Source: Podarcis filfolensis (lineage: Eukaryota). From it: 64,000 nt of DNA. The stretch lies in assembly GCA_964270895.1 (NCBI GenBank), contig OZ185435.1, one strand, 5' to 3'. The notes beneath the pieces were generated by a model. The model saw only the letters and a list, made by a program, of their open reading frames with translations. It did not search any database and was not told where the DNA came from. Below are positions 12,354 through 25,028 of the stretch, piece by piece. Each line of letters starts with the position of its first letter. Within the stretch, counting starts at the first letter, position 1. Position numbers and translations under genes: made by a program.

Positions 12354-13574
12354 GTTTAGATGGATTGAATGTGTTTTCATGCATGTGTACCTTCTCTTTC
12401 TTTCTCTCCCTCCCCCCATGACTCCTATGCTACCCTTCTTTCTCCCACCTGGCTGCTATGTTTTCCTCCCCACAAGCTTCCCAGATTTCTTCCTTTGTGC
12501 TCCTGCCCTGTTCATTCACTCCACTTTCTGTTCATCTACTCTGGTGTTCATTTCACCCTTGGAAACACTCCACCCACTGCCTCTTTCACCTTTAAGTGCT
12601 TTGTGGCAGATGGTGGGGTGGAATTACCATGCTTACCACCTTATGACCAAGAGGACAGTGAGCCGAAGGGAGGCCTGGGGTGCTTTTTGGGCACCAGGGG
12701 AATTCCTCAAGAGTAGCACTGTATGAACAGGCACTATGTTGGTGCCCTCAGCTGTAACTGTTCTAAAATCCAGTACAACTAGCGGAACTCCTTGTGAACC
12801 TCACAATGTGAGATTTACACTCCAAGGCAGAAGGGCCTCAAGCTAGATGACAATGTTAAGAGTGGTCATTTCTCAGTGAGGTTTTCAATGGCAAGTCCTT
12901 GCCACCCTTTTCTAATGAAGCATGAATCCAGTTTGGCAGGAGATGCCATTTTTCTTGCAGGGAAGTCATTTGCTGCATTTTCTCAGGGTTTTGAGTTAAG
13001 CATATATTTGGCACCTGTGCTCTGTAACTGGTGTAGTGCCACGTGAGAAGGCACAGTGCCACTCTGGACAGATGGGGTGAGGTGCTGGCATGCCAGGGAG
13101 CCTAGTATAGGCACCGAGGGGGTCAGATTTCTCTTCAGGAATGTTGAAACATCAGCACATGTCGATCTTTGGTATCCGAGGCACACGTGTTTCTTGGCAA
13201 TAAGGCTTCCTGCTGAATATCTTGGCATGGACCACAAGGTGGCTTTCCACACCATGGGAACACATCTAATTTCTGCCATCATTGCCCTAAGACAAGAAAC
13301 AGAAAGGGAACTGTATTTTGCAGATTAGACTTTTTAAAATAATAGATGAAGAGCTGTTAAAATGCCATCACAACTTTCATGGACTATGACTCTTTTATTA
13401 GTTAATGGCTGGTTTATTCTGATCAGAGAGCACTAGAAAGTGTGGCTTGGCATCCAGCAACAGCAAATGTCACAGTTTAAAGTCTTTGTTCCAGTTTTTT
13501 CTCCTGATTTAATTTAATTTTGTTTTATTCTTCTCTTCAATAAATGATAGTGTGCTTTTTTTGTCTTCCCATAT

Positions 13575-13579
13575 GAGAG

Positions 13580-13636
<57 letters not shown>
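13575..13636. repeat. (GA)~30 microsatellite
   Basis: Direct read. Confidence 0.97.
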
Positions 13637-13639
<3 letters not shown>

Positions 13640-15164
13640 ACGCGTGCACACACACACGATACAAAAACAACTTCAGGGCACTGCTCTATTTTTGCTGAAG
13701 GCAATTCTGCATGGTTTATTTCCATTTATTTACTTTTTTTCCTCAGGAATTACAGTAAAGGTTTTCTATTTCATCCATTACAGCACAGTGTTTTTAACAT
13801 TTGAATAGCTGCATCAATATGAATCCTTTATAAGAACCTTAAAAAACAAACTTTGCCAAGTCCCAGAATACAGAAGCTAATTCACAACCCCAGTCCTCAG
13901 CTGCCTCATGAATAAGGGAGACTGTGTGGCTGACACTTTGAAGCTGTAGCTGTTAAACCATACAGAATATTTACCTCAATAAATCATTATAAGAAACTAA
14001 GGTACAATTATACCCACAGAGAAATAAAATTCAAAACACTGATTTATGTGGTTCAGTTGCCTGTTCTCTTTTCCATCATGTTTTGAATTTTATGCATGTT
14101 TGTCATCTTTGGCTGTTTCCATGTGTCTTTTAACTAATGGGTCCTGCCTTTTTTAACGTTGCTCATTAGGGTTGTTACTTTACTTTGACATCTAGGCATG
14201 ATTTGCACAGCATACAAAGTTTTGCATCTAAAATTAACTGTACCTTAATGTATAGACCCAAAAACTAAATGGGAAAAAAATGGGAGAAAATGAGCTTAAT
14301 TTATTTCAAGTTAAATGTGGTGCTGCTCAACTTAATTTCAGCTGAAATGCCATCTTTGTTGAGGACTTTGTTGGGGAAACTCTGAAGTTTCCAAACCATG
14401 GCAGTTTTTAATCAAAGAAACTACATTGTAATTACGTGCTGCTTTGATGTTATTTTGGAAAATGAGACAGTCCAACATTCTTATTAATTAATTCACAATA
14501 TTTTTACCCCACCCTTCAATACCTAGAGCAGCTTACATAAAAATAAAAATGTTATACATACAAAACATCTAAAACAGCAGACATAAAACTACAGCACAAT
14601 GTAAAACAATTTCTAATCCAATAAACTAACAACAGTTTAAAATATTTTGAAAGATTCAGCAGATTTACAAGTGAAAAGATATAATAGCTTGGGAAAACTG
14701 GAAGGTCTTCACTTAGTACCACATAATAAAGTGGGTGCCAAAGAAGACTCCCAGGTGGAAGCACTATTGCCACTCTCTTCCTGGAGGCCGCTTGCCTTAC
14801 TTCTGATGAAAGGGCTATCTGGAAAAGAGGGCCAAACTAGGTGAGCACTTAACAGGTAGCAGGCAGCTACATATCTTGCTTTTCTAAACACACCAACAGT
14901 GCAAGAGCCCAGTTCTCACTGGGAAAGCAGCACACAGGGGTGGAGAGGATTACCTTTTTGGTTCTCCACTAATTGGAGATTACCTGTGGGGCTTTGAATC
15001 TTGTGGCGGGGGCACGGAGGGAGACTCCACTGGTACAAATGGGGGACCTTTTCTACTAAGGTTCCTAGCCATGGCAAGGGGCAATCTCCATTCCAGTCTA
15101 AGTGGGAGAGTAAAGAAACAAACCTCCCCTTCCTAGGTGCTGCTTTCACAAAAAGAATAAGGTT

Positions 15165-15428
15165 TGTTATGTACTGAAGTTCTCACCCTGGGCCAGCAGG
15201 GGGATACTGTAGATAGTTTTCACTCAGGTCCGCATACGCAAATAAGGAATTGAAAGTGATGTTCACTGATTGGATAGTTACAGAAAGTTGTTACTGTTGC
15301 TTTGTAGTTGAGCTCTATATAAGCAGGTTGGCTGAACCCTTCAGTTCAGTTCTGTTTTGGCCTGTGAATAAACAAGAGCTGTCTGAAGAATTGCTGTGTC
15401 GTCTGATATGTTCACCCACAACTTAACA
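15165..15428 (+). mobile_element. Solo LTR (264 bp)
   Basis: TGTTA...TAACA termini, perfect 5-bp TSD aggtt, ATTGG 15269, TATATAA 15316, AATAAA 15367. Confidence 0.85.
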
Positions 15429-15524
15429 AGGTTCGCTTCCTATGTAATTATCTAAGGAAAAACAAGATGTGTTTTTAAGTAGACGTCAAGTTTATGAATT
15501 ATTACTACTACAGTGTGTATATAT

Positions 15525-15775
15525 CAGGGGTAGGCAACCTAAGGCCCGGGGGCCGGATGTGGCCCAATCACCTTCTCAATCCAGCCCGCGGACAGTCTGG
15601 GAATCAGCGTGTTTTTACATGAGTAGAATGTGCACTTTTATTTAAAATGCATCTCTGGGTTATTTGTGGTGCATAGGAATTCATTCATTTTTTCCCTTCA
15701 AAATATAGTCCGGCCCACCACATGGTCTGAGGGACAGTGGACCGGCCCATGGCTGAAAAAGGTTGCTAATCCCTG
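15525..15775. mobile_element. hAT (Charlie-like) MITE
   Basis: TIRs CAGGGGTAGGCAACCT...AGGTTGCTAATCCCTG; perfect 8-bp TSD gtatatat. Confidence 0.9.
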
Positions 15776-18411
15776 GTATATATAGTACATGCTGCAACAG
15801 ATAATGTTTTGTTCAATCGACAGTCCAAAAGCTATAATTAACTGCAAGACAGTTAACAGAGTCCAGGAGGCAGGATCGCAGCAGACATTTTTTTAAAAAA
15901 ACAACTCCATTAATTCTCTGTTCACTTCCAAGCTCAATTCAAAATGCTCATACTATCTTTTCATAAACATGTTCCATTTGTGTTTAAAGCATACAATATC
16001 CCAATCCTAAAATGGCATTGCTTCTTTTCCAATTCTCAGTAGTTAAAGAAGGACAATTGTTCACTCTGCTCCTCTGTTCAGAGAAAAGGTTAGTGAGATT
16101 CCTGTTTCTGAACTGGAAATCTCAGATGAAGGAGAAGATACAGAAAATGGACATAGACACTGGGGGACAAACAGCAAGATGGGGGGGGGAGCATGAAAAA
16201 GATGAGCTTTCAGTCTTAATAAGTTTTCTTTCTTCCCTTGAATTCTCTGCAGTGTTCCATTTTTTCTTAGAGAAGACAAATCTGTAATACAGTAATTGTT
16301 CATTCCTAAGAACACTTCCAGACTGCCTCATTGTTCACACAAAACTTGGTTGTTGCCCCACACTTCTGTCACTTTTCTAACCACAAAAAGTCTGATGAGA
16401 AAAGTGATAGAAAATTCCACTGGATAGCAGTGTGGGATAGCAACCACTAGCTGGCAATGTCATATAACCTCTGCACGAACATATCTGAATGAATGCTCAA
16501 TAAATAGGAGATGTTGTATAACTTCTGTGCAAGTTTTGTGCAAAGATCAGCATGAGTGTTCCATAAATAGCTAGCCTGGAATCTCCTCGGGTTACTTCCA
16601 GGGTAGGCAACTGCAATGAGTTGCCTTTGAAAAATAGTTTGAAAACTGCAGATAGTATAAAATACAGCCTGGTGATCAATTAAGATCACCAATGAGGCTC
16701 ACCTTCACCATGAAGTGATCCAACTTATGAGTATGTGCAAAAAAAAAAAAAAGGCCTTTTCAGCACTGCAGCCAGAATTATTGGAAACCCTTCCTGTAGA
16801 GGTCCGCTAGGATCCTTTATTGTTGGTGTGAGGCATGTTTAAAAAACCTTTTTGTTTTAACAGACTGTTATTAAGTAATTTTTAATCTTCTATTTTTAAA
16901 GGTTTTGCACCAGCTATTTTCAAATCTTTAAAATTGTTTTAGATTCTTATTCTTTGTTAGGTTGTTTAGATTGCTTCATTGTAATGTTACTTCCTTTTTT
17001 AATGGCAAAATCCTCTGGTCCCTTTCGGTCCATTTAATTTTGAGGATCTCCTGCTCTGTGGATGAAGGTGGGTTTCATCCTCAGAGAGAGATGTATGGTC
17101 TTCTAAACCCTCTCTGAGCCATTTTGGAAAGCCATTTTGGTATGGTGTCAGATAACAGAAATGTGTGTGCTATCTGGCCAGATGTGCACACCCTAAATTA
17201 ACTTGTTGCCCTCAAATGTGCTGTCTCATCTCCAATGCTGAAGTAAAACTTAACTACCCGTCCAGTTGTTTTGAATACTTGGAAGAGAGGTTGCCTACCT
17301 CAGGCAGCAAAATTTATTCAGCCAACCATCCCATTCCATTACACCAGCAGCTCTGCCAACACAGATTCACTCTCCCTTGCCCGTTTTGGATTGCTTTGTT
17401 CTTAAATATTTATTTTAATATTGGGTTTATATTTGATTTTTAAAATTTATATTGACCTATAAGGTGTGGTTTTCAAAGTCTTGTCTCATAGTATCCTAGA
17501 CATTCCCCGGGTGCCCAGTGGAAAGTGAGATAACGCCTTTACCACCATCTTCCATCTTTGCTCCAGTAGTAGAAGGTATAGGGTGTTCTCATTTTGCCAA
17601 GTAAGCAAAAACAGTGTGAGTTAAATGCACACTGCTTTACATTTTTTGGTCAGGCAAACCCAGTTAAAATGGTGGTACAACTGGCTCAGTAGCTCCTATT
17701 TCTGTCGGCTTTTGCACCCTGACATTTGGCCAGTTTGGCCAGCCTCTAGCACCGGCATGGATAACCCATATTTTCTTGCAATGTAAGTACAAGTTTCTTT
17801 GCAACTTGGTTGCAAAGAACATCTCTGCAAGAACATATTTTATTGTGAATTCACATACCTGCAAAGGCCTTCTATAGCAACATGTGTCCTTTGTGCAGCA
17901 CATATATTTTAAACATATAAAAAATGCAATACATAGTTCAGCCTAACTGGGATGGGAGCAGTGAGGAACGTTGCATCCTCAGACAGATAGGAAGAAGATA
18001 AGGGAAGAGAAGCATGTCTAGAAACTGAGAGTGCTTCCAGTTTCCCTTTTTTTCAGGAAGGTTTCAGTCACATACCTGTGAGTCCAGGTTTCACATTTAT
18101 AATTGATTAGGAGGTCTTGTGCATCAAACCCACTTCCCCAAAAGATCAGACATTTTGTGATAAGAAAAAGTTATGGAGAAAAGTGCTGGAAGTGTGTGAT
18201 AACACTTGCTTCAATGCAGTGTCATCCAATATTTTTGTAAACAATCAGAAATAATGCCCATTAAATAGCCAATGTCATTTAATTCCCCTGCAAACAAACC
18301 AGGATGCATGCACCCCAACAATGCAATCCTACGCATGTCTACTCATTTATTTCAGTTATGCTTACTCATAGGAATAGAATGTAGATGTAGATTATATTTC
18401 ACATATAAATA

Positions 18412-18771
18412 TGGCACTGTGGTCTAAACCACTAAGCCTCTTGGGCTTGCTGATCGGAAGGTCCCTGGTTTGAATCCGTGCAACGGGGTGAGCTCCCATT
18501 GCTCTGTCCCAGCTTCTGCCAACCTAGCAGAAAAGCACAACAGTGCAAGTAGATAAATAGGTAAATGGCAGGAAGGTAAGCACTGTTTCTGTGCACTCTG
18601 GCATTTGTCATAGTGTTCTGTTGCGCCAGAAGCGGTTTAGTCATGCTGGCCACATGACCTGGAAAGCTGTTTATGAACAAATGCCAGCTCCCTCAGCCTG
18701 AAGTGAGATGAGTGCCACACCCCATAGTTGCCTTTGACTAGACTTAACCGTCCAGGGGTCCTTTACCTTTA
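18412..18771 (+). mobile_element. Sauria SINE, more diverged
   Basis: Homologous to 11467-11826 in the opposite orientation; ends ccaggggtcctttaccttta. Confidence 0.9.
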
Positions 18772-19509
18772 TTTCTCATTTGCTACTTCTGGTGTTTTTT
18801 TTCTGGTACATATGGGAATATGTTATTATCTTCTGATTCTTGTTTTTACTGCAGTCATCTTGACAAACTAAGCCCATTTCATAAAGTTCTGTTTTCACCT
18901 CCTTTGAGCGTGCATTCTTTTGTGTCAAATTCTTCCTTTCTGAATTATTGACAGATACAAATTCTATATATTTTGAACACTAGCAAAAAAAATGCTTATA
19001 GTAGTGTTGCCATATTTCAAACTAAAAATCTGGACAGAAAAACCGGCACTGCCAACATGGGCTGCCATATGTCCAGATTTTCTTGGACATTTGACTGATT
19101 TCCACCCAGGGGTGGGTCTAACACAAGTATAACACAATTGATGGCTTAGGATTGGTGGCTGGCCAAAGTTGGCATCTTGACCTTATGAAGAGTAGAGGCT
19201 GTGGAAAGACCATGGAGAATATGCCGTCCTAAATAGTACTATTACTTTGCATTTTACCCTTAAATGACAATCCTTGTTAGATGGGGTATGTGCTACAAGA
19301 GGCCCTCCCAGCCTCTGCAGTTAGGCCACCAAGTCTCTGCCTCTTCACCACTACTGTCTCCATTCCTTCATTTTGCTGCTCACTCTTGTTGCCAGGACTA
19401 GGGTGCCATTTGCTTTCAGTGGCAGTAGCACACACAGAGCAGATTCAGCCCCTTGTCCCCAAGGAGGGTTAGTCTGCCTGACCCTTTTACAAGTAACACT
19501 GTAAAATCA

Positions 19510-19600
19510 TTTAAAAAATTCCTTCCAGTAGCACCTTAGAGACCAACTAAGTTTGTTATTGGTATGAGCTTTCGTGTGCATGCACACTTCTTCAGAATCA
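19510..19600 (-). mobile_element. Penelope-like terminal fragment with hammerhead motif
   Basis: Reverse complement is nearly identical to 9731-9810. Confidence 0.75.
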
Positions 19601-22081
19601 CCTATTGTAAAATCACTTATTTATATTTTATATTTTGACTACAAAGCTGTAACTTTAAAAAGAAAGTGGTTTTCAACTTTCAGAAATACTAAGGGTGACT
19701 TTTTATACCAGGTAACTGTAGTCTAGCCACAAGTTGGGGAAAGAATAAAAATGGGTAGCATTCCTAAAGCACTTTCAAGTGTTTACAGTTGTTCAAATAT
19801 ATTGTTGTGTGTTGTCATCCTTACATCTACCTTAAGTTATTATTATTTCCATATTATAGATGAACAGATTGACTCTGAGACTAAGAGGGAATGGCTTGCC
19901 TATGACAAAGGTAAGATAAAAAATTGGCATTTCTTGATTTGTATCTCAATTTCTTGCACCTTTTCTCTGAAGTAACTCCTACTTTCTTCACTGAGATTTC
20001 CTCCCAGGTAGGTGCTCACAGGATTGCAGCCTTAGTCACTGTGCTACATTTCAGAGGACAGGTTTATAACCTGTAAATTGATGTTCATATTATGGTTCCT
20101 TAACCCAAGTGCACCACATAGGTGGAACTCCCACTCCGTGTTTCAGACCACATAGGATTATTGCTCTGAAGCTCATATAACTCTTGTTAAATTGCAGCTT
20201 TCCACGCTGAAGGGCCCTGGTTATAAATGAAATATCCTTTTGAGGGGAAAAGATTGACTATTTGTCCTATGTGAATAAGGTTGATTTGGTTATCATGATT
20301 TTATGATTTTGAATTGTGCCAGTGTGTTGCATTTGAATTGACTTTTTTTTTCTTTTTTGCTGCCCTGGGAACCTTGGATGGAAGGGTAGGATATAAGTAG
20401 AACAAACAAACAAAATAAGTTAATAAAACATTAGTTTCCCCCTATAGTTTCACCTTAAGTGAGTCCAATAGGTTTTGGAATTTTCTGGATCTTGCTTCCT
20501 CTCATTGAAATCTGAAATGGTATCCCTGCCTGTTCACTGCATTTTACTCCATCACACATTTTTCTTTCTTCTAGTACTTTAATAGGGAATTTAAGGCTTG
20601 CAGAGTCTGGCTCCCCCAAAAAGAACTTTCACGCAGCAATGAAAACATCAGGAAAAAAACATTATTTTTGAGGTTTCCATATAAAACCTAAAATGAAATG
20701 GTGCCAGATATTTAACTGCAGTTTGGTAATATTCCAGTGACTACATATAGAACTGTTTACTTTGTCTAGCACTGGTGCTTGAAAATCTAGTTAATTCCTC
20801 AAAATGAATTTTAGCAAACAGGGCCATATATTGCTTTGCTAAGAATAGGTGACCTAGGCTTAAGTGAAGTGAAATGTGAATAACAGAGAAGCCCTACGCT
20901 CAATACTTGTTTCAAGAAGAAGAGATACCACTGGGGTGCATATCTGCTTGGAAACACACCCTCTGATGAGGAAGCCCTTCTCCCTAATGTGTAAGAAGTG
21001 GCTGCTTGATGGTTAGAAAAACGCACTCTACTCCTGCTCAGGGATTTTTTTTTAATTTTCCTATATTAGGTGTTCTAGAGTTAAATCCTAGCATTGAAAA
21101 CACCTGTAGGGGCTCAGATCTCAGAGGAAACTGATCCCTGCCCCTACTGAGCTCTTGCGACATTTTGAACTGGAAATTAAAAACTGAAAGAGATTACTCA
21201 TGTATTAGTTCCCAGCCGCACACTACTCAACACACAATTATTTTGTTTCTGCTGGAATCTTAACTGAAACTCACAATGCAGCCTCAAAGGAGTCCCCTGC
21301 TGCTGATGATTACAGAGAATCCCACTTCCTGCCACCTAAGCCCGTGCAACTCCCTCATTTTCACCACCCTGCAGAGATAAATAATGTATATTAATGTGAA
21401 AATATCAACAGCAGAATCTCTTAAATAGTGTTTGCAAAAATCAAACCTCTCTTCAAATCAAAATGATGCACATCTATTAATTTTGACCAAGGAAAGAAGA
21501 AAAACTCAAAATCTCCATGAAAAGGCTTTTGAAAAAGTGTTAGATCCTCTCCTTGGAAAAAAAGTGTAAGTGGGCTATAGATGGGATATATTTCTAAGAA
21601 AGAAACAAATAAACAGCCTCAAGGCTAGACCAGAAAAGCCTCTTTAAGGATGAGGCTATAAAGTGAAAATTGGCAAGGCTGGATCTGTTTTGCTTGCTAT
21701 GCCCAAGTCATTAAATTGAGTAATGTAGAAAAACAATTATTTGCATCTTAATTATCTGAAACTTCTTTATATTCCAAGGCACATTCCACAGAATCTCTGC
21801 CTGCCTGGGTTTTTTTTTATGCTGCAGCAACAGCAGTGGGAAGTTTGCCCAACTGGACCCTGTTGCCAGAGAGAGACAACATCCCTTGCCTTTGGGGTGG
21901 CATGGATTCCTCTTCTGACTCTGCTTGCTCCTTTCCCTCATGCACTACAATGCAAGAGGATCAGCCCATAAACTGGACAGATCTTGAAATAAATAGCATT
22001 GCTACTTTTTTTTTTTAAATGATTCACCTCATAAATTCCCAGCAAGATTTAAAGAAGTGAAAGTATACTGTTTTAACTAAG

Positions 22082-22205
22082 TCATTGTGGTGTAATGGAT
22101 TGAATGGAGACTTAGACTGGGATGATGCAACTTCAAACCTCTGTCTGGCCATAAATTTCACTGGGTGGCCCACTCTCTATATCCCAGACTAGCCCACCTC
22201 ACAGA
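22082..22205 (+). mobile_element. MIR/Ther1-like SINE relic; similar relics at ~50-150 and ~23325-23415
   Basis: tgtggtgtaatgg...ggccataaa..tcactgggtggcc...cctacctcacag-like remnants; gttgtgaggataaaatggga in the 23.4 kb copy. Confidence 0.45.
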
Positions 22206-24640
22206 TGAAATTGGATAATCTTCTGGTTTGGGACCAGGGTATTTGAGGAGCCACCTTTTTCTGTCTATTGATTGCAGTCATCTTCTGAGACCCTGTCCAC
22301 CAAGGCAGGTGCAGTTAGAGGGGATATAGGACAGGGCCTTTTCAGTGGCAGTGTCCTAATTGTGGAAACTCCTCCCTAAGGACATAAGACTGGCTTCTCC
22401 TGTATTGTCTTTCTTAGGCAGATGGCAGGTTTTAGGCAGTTTTCTTCCACCAGGTTTTTATGTCCCCTGTTGCTTCTATTTATATCAAACTAATACCTTG
22501 ATTTTGATTCTTCATGTTATGTAGACTCAGGTCAAAGACTCTGATGAAGTTGCACTACAAGTCAGTGGATTTTAAGCAGTGATGTAGTTTCTCACAAAAA
22601 TGGGGTATATAGTACAATTAATCATCTATTTTCTTGTTTTCTTTTTAACGAACCTCATGTGGCCACATCTAACTATATCAAATACCTCTGCTCAAGTCAT
22701 ATAATATTAATAATATTGGCGCCCTAGTATAGACATTTTTTTTTCAGAGAAGTGATCCTGCATTCTCTCACTGAAGAATGCTGAACAGGCCCATAATTGT
22801 ATAAATTAAATAATCCATAACATGAAAGCTTCTGTTTATATCCGGTAGGCTTTATTTTTAATCTTACAATCCATAATCCTGTAGATAGGTTTTACCTGCA
22901 ATGAAGTCAAGGAACTTCTTCTGACTCTACTATGGCTAGCATACAAGGTTCTAATATTCACATATCAAAAAAAGCAATAGGATGCCTTGCAGGGAATTGG
23001 TGTGGCGGGCGGGGGTTCGCTGGTACTTCTCATTTGGCAAATTCTGCTATGCACAGCTGCTAGACGGTAGTCCGGCTATTGCAGCTGTGCTGGAATGAGG
23101 TCCCTGCACTGGGGCAAGGGAAAACATTATTCCATGGAAGACAGTTGATCCAATGTTTGGTGACACCACTGCTTTCCAAGGATGTATTTATTTGGACCTG
23201 GTTTGTCATAACTTCTCATCAACTTGGTTGCCGAGATACCTGTCAATCATGTTAAGCAGGCACCTTCATGGTATTGTTTTTGGTGCTGATTTTTAAAAAA
23301 GCAGGGTTGGCTAAAGACTGAGGGTGAGTTAAGCCTTTTGCCGATGGGTAGTCCTTAGCAAGTCACTAACTCAGCCCAGTTTACCTCGTAAGTTTGTTGT
23401 GAGGATAAAATGGGATTTCTCCCATTCATGTTGTACAGCAGGGGTGCCGATCAAAGAGGACCAGATTTGATGAAGTGAGCATGGGTGAGGGCCGACCAAA
23501 GTTGTTGACCTTTTTTTTAGAATTGAAGTTGTTGACCTTTTATTTTACCCCAGAAAAGTGGGCTTACCATGGAGTGACATGGAGCAGTCCATTCAACTAC
23601 TGGATTCCAGACAGGCTGCCATTTCCCTACATCTTTGTCTTTCCCAACTAGCAGCTTCAGCCCCCTCTGCAGCTGCCCAAAAGCATCCATGTATGCTCCT
23701 GACTCTGCTTCTGTCTCCTTTGCTCATTCATAGACTTCAAAGGAGCCAAAATTACTCCTTAAACTACTGGGATACCCATATTTTATTGCGTACAGGAACA
23801 ATGAGATTGCAAAAGGCAATATCAATTCAGATTGCAAGGTTAATTTTTTTTCTGCTGTTCCCAAAACATGGTTGAGGGAAATGTGTAGACCCGGCAGAGC
23901 TGTGGTTCTCTACAAGTATATTTCTAGGTGCTATATTATTGAGGTGGGAGGTAGAAAGCTAGGAAAGTTGTTCCCACCCAGTACCTGCAAGTACCTCCAC
24001 CCGGGCTTCCTGGGGCTGAGATTGTCTTGCCTGAGCTCCTGTGTCCCTATGTTGTTTAGGGATTTTTCTGCCACAGACTCTTTTGTGCCTGCCCCTGCCC
24101 CAGCTCTAGCTCTGTTGTGGTTTCATTGTGGGCTCTAATTCCAGTCATTGTCTCAGCTATCCTTCTCCATCTGTATATGGGAACAGCGACCTACATGTTT
24201 GGGGAGTTCTGATAGTGACTGAAAGGAGCATCTCCTTCTTTTGAAGGCAAGCTTATTCTATCTTTCTCTCTGTGGGTGAAGTAGAAGCAGGGCCAGGGCC
24301 AGGTAATGGGCACTGGGGAGCCAGGGAGGAAGGCTCTTTCTCTCCATCCTCAGCTTTTGTGTGTGGAAATAATATGAGGCTGGTTCACGTTTATCTAATA
24401 TACAAATAGTGTATGAACAGTATACAGTGCTGTGTATTAGTAAGGTATATCTGCATTGAGCTAATAATATGAAACATCTAGCCTCAAAATATTTCTACCC
24501 CTTTGGACCTTCACTTCTTTAAGCAATTCCAAATTCACATGTATATGTTTGTCATAAATGTATTCAGATGTGGGTTGCATCTGCTCACATGGCAGAATGC
24601 ATGTGGGTGAGGCGGGGGTTGAGAAAGTAGAAAGCATACT

Positions 24641-24815
24641 TATAGAATTATAGATTCATAGAATGGTACAGTTGGAAGGGATCCCAAGGATCATGTAGTT
24701 CAACCCCCTGCAATGCAGGAATCTCAGCTAAAACATCCATGACTGATGGCCATTTGACCTCTGCCTAAAAACCTCCAAGGGAGGAGAGTCCACAACCTCC
24801 CGACAGAGACCATTT
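24641..24815 (-). mobile_element. CR1 LINE 3' end
   Basis: atagaat/atagatt tail repeats, then gttggaagggatccc...tagttcaaccccctgcaatgcagg...aaacctccaagg. Confidence 0.8.
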
Positions 24816-24847
24816 CATACTTCTTGAAACCCAGTCATGCCACTTTA

Positions 24848-25028
24848 GGGGCAGGACCGTAACTCAGTGGTAGAGTACATGCTTTTTATGCTGAAAGTCC
24901 CAGGTCCAGTCCTTGGCATGTCTAGATAGGACTCCTGATTGAAACTCCAGAGAGCTGCTGCCAGCCAGTGTAGACAGTACTGAATTAGATAGTTCAGTGA
25001 TCTGTTGCAGTATAGGGTAGCTTCCTAG
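24848..25028 (+). mobile_element. tRNA-derived SINE with L2-like tail
   Basis: A-box TAACTCAGTGG, degenerate B-box, body gagagctgctgccagccagtgtagac and tail agcttcct. Confidence 0.7.
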
